This document shows, piece by piece, positions 36,534 to 43,625 of a stretch of DNA of 64,000 bases; the stretch's first letter is position 1, and every line of letters starts with the position of its first letter. Origin of the DNA: an uncultured Gemmatimonadales bacterium (GTDB lineage: Bacteria > Gemmatimonadota > Gemmatimonadetes > Gemmatimonadales > JACORV01); assembly GCA_963806755.1 (NCBI GenBank), contig CAWDZR010000016.1, forward strand, positions 153,948 through 217,947. Reading direction: 5' to 3'. The notes below the pieces were generated by a model that saw only the letters and a list, made by a program, of their open reading frames with translations, was not told where the DNA came from and made no database searches. The translations under genes and the position numbers were made by a program.

Positions 36534-37556
36534 TCACTTCAGCACTTCCGCGACCACCGCGATCGCGCGCTCGACGTCGGCGGCGCTCACGTCGAGGTGC
36601 GTGATGGCCCTGAGCCGCTTCGGTCCGAACGCCGTCACCAGCACGCCCCGCTCCGCCAGCTTCGGGATCACGTCGTCGGCCATGTGACGGGTGAGGTCGA
36701 GCATCACGATGTTCGTCTCGGGCGGAAGCGGGCGCACGGCCGGGTGGCCCGCGAGGCCGTCGGCCAGGCGCCGGGCGTTGGCGTGGTCCTCGGCGAGCCG
36801 GCCGAGGTTGTGCTCGAGCGCCCAGAGCCCGGCGGCCGTGAGGATGCCCGACTGGCGCATCCCGCCGCCGAAGCGCTTGCGGATCTCCCACACCTCATCG
36901 CGCGCCTCCTTCGGGAACGCGAGGCACGAGCCGATGGGACAGCCCAGCCCCTTCGAAAGGCTCACCATCACGGTGTCGGCGGGCGCCGCGAGACGCGAGG
37001 GCGGGACGCCCAGCGCGGCCGCCGCGTTCCACAGCCGCGCGCCGTCGAGGTGCAGCGGCACCTTCACCTCCCGGGCCAGCGACCCGATGGCATCGCCCAC
37101 CGCGGCCGGCATCACCTTCCCGCCCGCCGCATTGTGGGTGTTCTCGATCGCCATCGCCGAGACGCGCGGGTAGTGCGGCGACCGGGGCCGCAAGGCCGCA
37201 CGCAGGAGCTCCGCCGTCAGCACGCCGTCGGGCGTCTGGACCGGGCGGACCTGCACCCCGGCGTTCGCGGCCACGCCGGCGATCTCGTACGTCAGCAGGT
37301 GCGCGCCGGCCTCCAGCAGCAGCTCCGTGCCGGGCCGCGTCAGGAGCCGGATGCCGGTCTGGTTGGCCTGCGTGCCGCTGGGGAAGAACAGCGCCGCTCC
37401 CTTGCCCAGCAGCTCGGCCACGCGCTCCTCGAGGCGCAGCGTGGTCGGGTCGTGGTCCAGGACGTCGTCGCCGACCTCCGCCTCGGCCATGGCGCGGCGC
37501 ATCGCGGCCGACGGGCGGGTGACGGTATCGGAGCGGAGATCTATGGGCATGGCCAT
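36534..37556 (-). CDS. ltaE: Low-specificity L-threonine aldolase (PLP)
   Basis: IDLRSDTVTRPS.AMR.AMA.AEVGDDV...DPT...LE..VAELLGK.AALF.PSGTQAN. The start is placed at ATG 37556 (MAMPIDL). The track GTG at 37580 would lie inside the GGCACGGG repeat. Confidence 0.85.
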   Translation of the reverse strand: MAMPIDLRSDTVTRPSAAMRRAMAEAEVGDDVLDHDPTTLRLEERVAELLGKGAALFFPSGTQANQTGIRLLTRPGTELLLEAGAHLLTYEIAGVAANAGVQVRPVQTPDGVLTAELLRAALRPRSPHYPRVSAMAIENTHNAAGGKVMPAAVGDAIGSLAREVKVPLHLDGARLWNAAAALGVPPSRLAAPADTVMVSLSKGLGCPIGSCLAFPKEARDEVWEIRKRFGGGMRQSGILTAAGLWALEHNLGRLAEDHANARRLADGLAGHPAVRPLPPETNIVMLDLTRHMADDVIPKLAERGVLVTAFGPKRLRAITHLDVSAADVERAIAVVAEVLK

Positions 37557-37575
37557 GGGCGCACCAACGCTGGAG

Positions 37576-37602
37576 GGCACGGGGGCACGGGAACGGCACG
37601 GC
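37576..37602. repeat. Intergenic GGCACGG(G) short tandem repeat
   Basis: ggcacggg ggcacggg aac ggcacggc, between the yihY-family stop codon and the ltaE start. Same unit as in cinA (19907..19978). Confidence 0.7.
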
Positions 37603-37608
37603 TGGCGC

Positions 37609-38496
37609 CTAGCGCAGCACCGCGCGCTGCGCGGTCTGGCGCCGCCGCAGCTCGTACACCTGCGCGATCTGGGCGCCGATGAGAAAGACGAACGTGAGGT
37701 AGTACACCCAGGCCACGAACAGGATGAGGGCGCCGAGCGTGGCGTCGCTCACCAGCTGGCCGGGGCGCACGAAGGTGCGGAAATAGATGCCCAGCGCGGT
37801 CCTCGCGACCTCGAAGCAGACCGCGCACACGAGGCCGGCCACGAGCGCCGTGTCCCAGCGCACCCGGTGCGCGGGGGCGTACTTGAAGATCATGACGAAC
37901 AGGCCGACCAGGAACGCGAAGGCCAGGATCTGGGCGGCGAAGAACTCGACGAAGCCGTGCCGGCCTTCCACCGAGAGCAGGCCCACGCTGAGCGCGGTGT
38001 AAACGGCGGAGAGAAGGCCGGTAGCCACGACCAGCACTGCGTCGTACGCCTTGCCGCGGAGCCAGGAGCGGGTCTCGCGGGTGTCGAAGACCTCGCACAG
38101 GGCGGCCCGCAGGGAGCCGAAGAGCCGGGTCGCAAACCAGACGAACAGCGGCAGGCCGACGAGGGTCAGGCGGCCGCGCGAGTGGGCGACGGTTTCGACC
38201 AGGTGGACCACCGGCGCGAAGGGGTCGGCGCCCGCGCCGCGGCCGTATTCCGGCAGGAGGCCCTGCAGGTACACGGCAAGATCCACCCGCGCGGCGGCCG
38301 CGCGCGCGTTGAGGACCGAGCCGGCGATGGAGAGGATCACGAGGACGAGCGGGATGGCGGCGAGGAGCGCGTCGAACGCCAGGCCGCTCGCGAGGAACGG
38401 CACGTTCGCCTCCACCGCGCCTTCGTAGACGCGGCGGACGAAGTTCCGCACGTCGTGCCACAGAAACAGCCAGCGGCGATGGCGGTCGGCCGCCAC
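37609..38496 (-). CDS. YihY/BrkB family membrane protein
   Basis: 295 aa. ..NVPFLASGLAFDALLAAIPLVLVIL.., six hydrophobic segments, C-terminal ..LILFVAWVYYLTFVFLIGAQIAQVYE. GTG start. Confidence 0.8.
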   Translation of the reverse strand: MAADRHRRWLFLWHDVRNFVRRVYEGAVEANVPFLASGLAFDALLAAIPLVLVILSIAGSVLNARAAAARVDLAVYLQGLLPEYGRGAGADPFAPVVHLVETVAHSRGRLTLVGLPLFVWFATRLFGSLRAALCEVFDTRETRSWLRGKAYDAVLVVATGLLSAVYTALSVGLLSVEGRHGFVEFFAAQILAFAFLVGLFVMIFKYAPAHRVRWDTALVAGLVCAVCFEVARTALGIYFRTFVRPGQLVSDATLGALILFVAWVYYLTFVFLIGAQIAQVYELRRRQTAQRAVLR

Positions 38497-38504
38497 GGTC
38501 GTGG

Positions 38505-39002
38505 CTACGCTCCCGGCTCCTCGCTGCCGCCGGGCGGCAGGGTGCCGCCGCGGGGCACGGTGCCCCCGCGGGGCACGGTGCCCCCCGGCGGGGAGCGCCG
38601 GGCGGCGCGCCGCGCCTCACGGGCGTCCGCGAGCCGCTGCTCGAGCTCGGCGCGCGCCGACGTGGCCACCTCGCGACCGGCCTCGACCGCGTCGTGCGCC
38701 GCATCCCGGCCTTCCTGCACGCTGCGCTTGGCCCGCTCGAGGTGCTCCTCGACGCGCGCCCGGGCGCTCTCGTAGCCGCCCGCCACCAGATCCTCGAGTT
38801 CGTCCACCTTCTCGGTGGCGAGGTCCTTGAGCTTGCGGGAGCGCGAGCGCAGGTCGGCGCGCAGCGCCGCGCCGCTCATCGGCGCGAACAGCAGGCCGAG
38901 GGCGGCGCCGGCCGCCAGCCCCCACAGGAACGGCGCCACCGCGGAGCCGCGCTTCTCCACCACCACCACGTCCTCGTCATCCTCGTCGTGATGCCGGGCC
39001 AT
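38505..39002 (-). CDS. YtxH domain-containing protein
   Basis: FLWGLAAGAALGLLFAPMSGAALRADLRSRSRKLKD.. followed by a long charged helix. The C-terminal tail PPGGTVPRGGTVPRGGTLPPGG is encoded by the 18-nt tandem repeat. Confidence 0.7.
   Translation of the reverse strand: MARHHDEDDEDVVVVEKRGSAVAPFLWGLAAGAALGLLFAPMSGAALRADLRSRSRKLKDLATEKVDELEDLVAGGYESARARVEEHLERAKRSVQEGRDAAHDAVEAGREVATSARAELEQRLADAREARRAARRSPPGGTVPRGGTVPRGGTLPPGGSEEPGA
38530..38583. repeat. Three tandem 18-nt units, each containing the palindrome GGCA(C/G)GGTGCC, in frame at the 3' end of the YtxH gene
   Basis: ccgggcggcagggtgccg / ccgcggggcacggtgccc / ccgcggggcacggtgccc. Confidence 0.8.
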
Positions 39003-39011
39003 GACGCCTCC

Positions 39012-40469
39012 CTATTCTCCGGCTTCGGCGTCGTCCGGCGCGGCGGAGCCGGCCACGGCCGGCTCCGTCCGCCGCACCGCCGGCGCCTTCACATGCTTCG
39101 CGACCAGCGCCGCGCTCCCCTCGACGCGCAGGGTCTTCAGCAGGAACGCGAACTGCTCCTCGAGCGCCGCGCCCAGCGCCCCGCGCACCACCTCCGACAG
39201 GCCCCACCACTCCTCCTTGAAGGGGCCGAGGGCCTTCTTGCGCGTCTTGTAGAAGAACTGCTCGTCCGTCTCCCCGGCCTTGCGCTCGTTGGCGGCGTTC
39301 GCGCGCAGCCAGTCGTAGATCTTCGCCTTGAAGGCGGCCGGCGTGGCCGGGTGCTCGAACAGCAGCGTCTGGAACGCGGTCGCCAGGTGGATCTCCGCCG
39401 TCTCGATCTCGGGGAACTTCCCGAACGCGGAGTTCGGCAGGGTCGAGGCGCCGTGCTGCACGGCGCCCGCCATCCCGTAGCGCTCGCGCGCATCGCGCGA
39501 CAGGATCCGCAGCGTATCGAAGTCGATCTTGACGTCGGCAATGGAGCCGTCCGGGAGCACGACGCCCCCGTGGCTCGTGCCGGTCTGAACGCTGATCTTG
39601 GAGATGCCGGTCAGCTTCGCGCCGCGAGCCGCGAGCGACGTGCGGTACCCGTCCGCGAACGCGTGCTGCTCCTCGATCGTGCTGTTCTTCCCCCCCACTT
39701 CCCCGATCTCGGCGCCCACGGAGATCGTGACGCCCTTGGGCTCCTGCGCCCGGATCGCCGCCGTCAGCTCCGCGGCGCGCTCGTAGTTGACCCGCTGCTG
39801 CGTGTCGAGCGTGGGCTGCGACAGGTCCACCAGCGTGGACGTGTCCACGTCGATGTTGTAGAACCCCGCCGCCACCGCCTCCTTCACCAGCGCCTTCACC
39901 GCACCGACCTCCCCCTCCGGGTCGGACGCGTACTTTTTGGCGTTGATCTGGAAGTGGTCGCCCTGCACGAACAGCGGGCCGCGGAACCCTTCCCGCAGGG
40001 CCGCCGCCAGGAGCACGGACACGTACTCCGCCGGCCGCTGGTCGGTGTAGGCCATCTCGGAGCGCGCGATTTCGCACAGGAAGGCCCCGGCCTCCAGCGC
40101 CCGCGCCGCCCGGAACAGGGCGCGCGCGGAGTCGTAGGCGAGGCCACGGATGTTGATCGCGGGCACGGTGAAGCCGTGCACCTCGCCCCGCCCGCGCGCC
40201 ATGTAGAGGTCGTGAATCGACGCCGGCCGCACGCCGACCACCTGGCCGATCTCCCACAGCAGCCAGCGGGCCGCGTCGCGGGTCGCCGGCTCGCCGAACA
40301 CCGCGCTGCGGACCAGCGTGTCCGTCGCCGGACCCGCCAGCACCGCCGGCCTCGGCACCGCGACCGCCCCACCCGCACTCACCGTCACCGCGCCCTTGAA
40401 GGGCTCGAGCAGCTTGCCGACCGTCTCCACCATCACGACCCCCGCATGCATGTGCGGCCGCGAAACCAC
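39012..40469 (-). CDS. Class II (metal-dependent) fructose/ketose-bisphosphate aldolase, long form
   Basis: ..HGFTVPAINIRG..., ..PLFVQGDHFQ.., ..GFYNIDVDTS.., ..TSHGGV.., ..GAVQHGASTLP. These are class II aldolase signatures. The start may instead be an internal Met (about 40433). Confidence 0.8.
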   Translation of the reverse strand: MVSRPHMHAGVVMVETVGKLLEPFKGAVTVSAGGAVAVPRPAVLAGPATDTLVRSAVFGEPATRDAARWLLWEIGQVVGVRPASIHDLYMARGRGEVHGFTVPAINIRGLAYDSARALFRAARALEAGAFLCEIARSEMAYTDQRPAEYVSVLLAAALREGFRGPLFVQGDHFQINAKKYASDPEGEVGAVKALVKEAVAAGFYNIDVDTSTLVDLSQPTLDTQQRVNYERAAELTAAIRAQEPKGVTISVGAEIGEVGGKNSTIEEQHAFADGYRTSLAARGAKLTGISKISVQTGTSHGGVVLPDGSIADVKIDFDTLRILSRDARERYGMAGAVQHGASTLPNSAFGKFPEIETAEIHLATAFQTLLFEHPATPAAFKAKIYDWLRANAANERKAGETDEQFFYKTRKKALGPFKEEWWGLSEVVRGALGAALEEQFAFLLKTLRVEGSAALVAKHVKAPAVRRTEPAVAGSAAPDDAEAGE

Positions 40470-40558
40470 GGCTCAACAGGCAAATGTAGGGCGCCCGGCA
40501 GGGGGCGTAAAGCACGGCACACCGCTCGAGTTGCGATGCCCGCACGCCTCCGGCCACA

Positions 40559-40981
40559 TTGAGCGTCGCGACGTCCCGTCCCCGCGCCGAGGAGAACGCC
40601 CCCGTGAGCGATCCATCCGCCGACCCGTACGACACGCACCTCGACATCCTGCACGGCGCGCTGGAGATCGTGGACGTGCCGGCGCTGGTGGCGGCGTGCC
40701 GGCACCCGTGGTACAACCAGACCCTGTGCCGGGTGAACGACGCGGTGGTGCGCCTCGGCGTGGTCCGAGGCGAGTACCACTGGCACCACCACGACACGGA
40801 GGACGAGTTCTTCTTCGTCGTGAGCGGCCGCCTGCTGGTGGACCTGGAGGGCCGCACCCTCGAGCTGGGGCCCGGGCAGGGTGTGGTCGTGCCCCACGGC
40901 GTGGAGCATCGCACGCGGGCCCCCACGCGCACCGTGATGCTGATGGTGGAGCGCGCCACCATCGTGCCGACGGGCAGCTGA
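40559..40981 (+). CDS. Cupin domain protein
   Basis: GEYHWHHHDTEDEFFFVVSGRLLVDL.G....L.PGQGVVVPHGVEHR (cupin motifs 1 and 2). The TTG start in the track may be replaced by a downstream GTG. Confidence 0.7.
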   Translation: MSVATSRPRAEENAPVSDPSADPYDTHLDILHGALEIVDVPALVAACRHPWYNQTLCRVNDAVVRLGVVRGEYHWHHHDTEDEFFFVVSGRLLVDLEGRTLELGPGQGVVVPHGVEHRTRAPTRTVMLMVERATIVPTGS

Positions 40982-40983
40982 CG

Positions 40984-41406
40984 ATGCGCCCGCCGCGCTC
41001 GCCGCCGCGCGTCCTCGCGTACGATCTCGGCGAGGGCTGGACGGCGCTGGTCGGGCGCTCGGACGCCGACAACGACCGGCTGACGCTGCGCCTGGCGCGC
41101 CCGGACGACCGCTGGTTCCACGTGCGCGGCTGGCCCGGGAGCCACGTGCTGCTGCGCGGCCCGGAGGGCGAAGAGCCCGGCCGGGACCTGCTCGAGCGCG
41201 CGGCGGCCATCGCGGCGCATCACAGCAAGGCGCGCGACGCGGGCGTGGTGCCGGTCTCGTGCACGCTCGCGCGCCACGTCACCAAGCCCCGGGGCGCCAA
41301 GCCCGGGTCGGTGGAGATCCGCAAGGAAGTCGTGCTGAAGGTCCGCCCCGCTCTGCCGGGCGGCACGGGGCCGCCGCGCGGCACGGTGCCGCCGGGCGGC
41401 GCCTGA
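40984..41406 (+). CDS. NFACT-R/DUF814 domain protein
   Basis: Lies in the frame of track ORF 40318..41406, starting at ATG 40984. Sequence: ..GWTALVGRSDADNDRLTLRLARPDDRWFHVRGWPGSHVLLRG..AA.IAA.HSKAR.....V......V.KP.GAKPG.V. The tail LPGGTGPPRGTVPPGGA is encoded by the 18-nt repeat. Confidence 0.7.
   Translation: MRPPRSPPRVLAYDLGEGWTALVGRSDADNDRLTLRLARPDDRWFHVRGWPGSHVLLRGPEGEEPGRDLLERAAAIAAHHSKARDAGVVPVSCTLARHVTKPRGAKPGSVEIRKEVVLKVRPALPGGTGPPRGTVPPGGA
41356..41403. repeat. About 2.5 tandem 18-nt units of the same GGCACGG(T/G)GCC family, in frame at the 3' end of the DUF814 gene
   Basis: ccgggcggcacggggccg / ccgcgcggcacggtgccg / ccgggcggcgcc. Confidence 0.75.
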
Positions 41407-41412
41407 CCCGCG

Positions 41413-42186
41413 TCACACCTCGACGGCGAGCCCGTCGTAGGCCGGCTCGATGCCGGCCGGCAGCTCCGCGAGCAGGGCCGCGTGGCCCGTCTCGTGGGTG
41501 AGGTGGGTGAGGAAGGTGCGGCGCGCCCCGAGCGCCCGCGCCGTCTCCACCGCCTCCGGGATGGACAGGTGCGTGGGGTGCGGCCGGTGGAACAGCGCGT
41601 TCAGGACCAGCACCTCGAGCCCGCGGAGGCGCTCGCGCGCCGCCTCCGGCACGACCTGCACGTCGGTGAGGTAGGCCAGCGCCCCGATCCGGTAGCCGAA
41701 CACGTCGGACGGCCCGTGCGAGAAGCGCAGCGGGAGGACCGGGGTGCCGGCCACGACCGTCGCCACGCCCGCCTCGAGCGCGGTCGCGCTGACGTCGGGC
41801 CGCGACGAGCCCGGGATGGGGCGGGCCGCGGGATCGAAGATGTAGTCGAACTTCCGGCGCATCCGCTCCAGCGCGTCGGCCGGCCCGTAGATCGGCACGC
41901 GGCCGCGACCGTGGCCCGACAGCGCCCGCAGGTCGTCGATCCCGTGCGTGTGGTCGGCGTGATCGTGGGTGTAGAGCACCGCGTCCACCGCGCCGATGCC
42001 GGCCCTGAGCAGGCCGAGCCGCAGCTCCGTCGGGGTGTCGATCAGCAGCGTCGCCGTCGCCGTCTGCACCACGACCCCGGCGCGGTTGCGCTTGTCGCGC
42101 GGGTCGGTCGAGGTGCACACCGCGCACGTGCATCCCACCTGCGGGATCCCGAACGACGTGCCCGTCCCGAGGAAGGTGAGGCGCAC
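41413..42186 (-). CDS. MBL-fold metallo-hydrolase (PhnP/RNase Z-like)
   Basis: This is the C-terminal 257 aa of track ORF 41413..43101. GTG 42186 lies 2 nt after the pyk stop codon. Sequence: VRLTFLGTGTSFGIP...C.C..C......NR......LLIDT, and YTHDHADHTHGIDDLR. Confidence 0.8.
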   Translation of the reverse strand: MRLTFLGTGTSFGIPQVGCTCAVCTSTDPRDKRNRAGVVVQTATATLLIDTPTELRLGLLRAGIGAVDAVLYTHDHADHTHGIDDLRALSGHGRGRVPIYGPADALERMRRKFDYIFDPAARPIPGSSRPDVSATALEAGVATVVAGTPVLPLRFSHGPSDVFGYRIGALAYLTDVQVVPEAARERLRGLEVLVLNALFHRPHPTHLSIPEAVETARALGARRTFLTHLTHETGHAALLAELPAGIEPAYDGLAVEV

Positions 42187-42188
42187 CG

Positions 42189-43625
42189 CTAGACCTCTTC
42201 CACCTTGACCAGGTTCGTGGTGCCCGGGACGTCGAACGGGACGCCGGCGGTGACCACGACGCGGTCGCCGGGCCGGGCGAGGCCGGTGGCGAGGATCCGC
42301 TCGCGGGCCGCGTCGAGCATCGCGTCGTAGTGCGGCGCGCCCTCGCACCGCATCGGCACCACGCCCCACACCAGCGCCAGCTGCCGGCACGTCGCGGCGT
42401 TGTCGGTGACGCCCAGCACTGGCACCGCCGGGCGATTGGCCGCGACCATCCGCGCGCTGAAGCCGCTCTTGGTGAAGGTGACGATCAGCGGCGCGCCCAG
42501 CATCCGCGCCGCGGCCACCGCCGCCGCCGCGACGGCGTGCTCGCTGCGCGCCGGGGCCTCCGGCACGAGGTCGAGCCACTCGGGCGCCGGCCGCCAGCTC
42601 CGGTCCCCCTCCACGGCGCGGATGATCCGGTCCATCGCCTCGACCGCCTGGCGCGGATGGGCGCCGACGGCCGTCTCCTCCGACAGCATGACCGCGTCGG
42701 TGCCGTCCCAGATCGCGTTCGCCACGTCCGACGCTTCGGCCCGCGTGGGGCGCGGCGCGCGCACCATGGACTCGAGCATCTGCGTGGCGGTGATCACCGG
42801 TCGCCGGTGCGTCACGGCGGCGCGGATGACGCGCTTCTGCGCCAGGGGCACCTGTTCGAACGGCAGCTCCACGCCGAGATCGCCGCGCGCCACCATCACG
42901 CCGTCGCTCGCGTCGGCGATGCGGTCGAGATCGTCGAGCGCGGTGTCCTTCTCGATCTTGGCCACGATCCGGATACCGGCCGGCAGGAGGGAGCGCAGCG
43001 TCGTGACGTCCCCGGCCCGGCGCACGAACGAGAGCGCCACGTACTCGACGCCCTGCGCGACGGCGAAGCCCACGTCCGCGCGGTCCTTGTCGGTCAGGCA
43101 CGGGGCGGAGACTGCGACGCCCGGCAGGTTGATGCCCTTGTGGCTGGACAGCGGCCCGCCGCAGCGCACCCGCGCCTCGACCCGCGGCGGCCGCACGGCG
43201 ACCACGTCGAGCGCCAGGAGGCCGTCCGCCACCAGGATCCGCGTGCCGGCGGCCACGTCGGGCGCCAGGTCGTAGGTGACCGGCACCTCTCCGCGCTCCG
43301 CCACGCCCTCCGGCGCGAACACCACGGTCCCGCCTTCCTCCAGCACCAGGGGCGCCGCCAGCTCGCCGATCCGGATGCGCGGCCCCTGGAGATCGAGCAG
43401 GACGGCGACGGGCTTGCCCGCCGCGGCCGCCGCCTCGCGCGTGGCGGCGACGAGCGCCGCCCGCTGCTCGGGCGTGCCGTGGCTGGCGTTGATGCGCGCC
43501 ACGTCGAGCCCCGCGGCGATCAGGCCTCCGACCGAGGCGGCGGAGGCGGCGGCGGGACCGAGGGTGGCGACGATCTTGGTGCGGCGGACGACCAGGGGGC
43601 TACCTCGCGGCGGGACGAAGCTCAA
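42189..43625 (-). CDS. pyk: Pyruvate kinase
   Basis: ..RRTKIVATLGPA......L..AG.DVARIN.SHG.., ..IVAKIE......L..I....DG.MVARGDLGVE.., ..ATQMLESM...P.PTRAE.SDVANA. The proposed TTG start at 43625 (7 nt after GGTGGAG) overlaps the receptor stop codon as TTGA. The track's longer N-terminus looks spurious. Confidence 0.88.
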   Translation of the reverse strand: MSFVPPRGSPLVVRRTKIVATLGPAAASAASVGGLIAAGLDVARINASHGTPEQRAALVAATREAAAAAGKPVAVLLDLQGPRIRIGELAAPLVLEEGGTVVFAPEGVAERGEVPVTYDLAPDVAAGTRILVADGLLALDVVAVRPPRVEARVRCGGPLSSHKGINLPGVAVSAPCLTDKDRADVGFAVAQGVEYVALSFVRRAGDVTTLRSLLPAGIRIVAKIEKDTALDDLDRIADASDGVMVARGDLGVELPFEQVPLAQKRVIRAAVTHRRPVITATQMLESMVRAPRPTRAEASDVANAIWDGTDAVMLSEETAVGAHPRQAVEAMDRIIRAVEGDRSWRPAPEWLDLVPEAPARSEHAVAAAAVAAARMLGAPLIVTFTKSGFSARMVAANRPAVPVLGVTDNAATCRQLALVWGVVPMRCEGAPHYDAMLDAARERILATGLARPGDRVVVTAGVPFDVPGTTNLVKVEEV

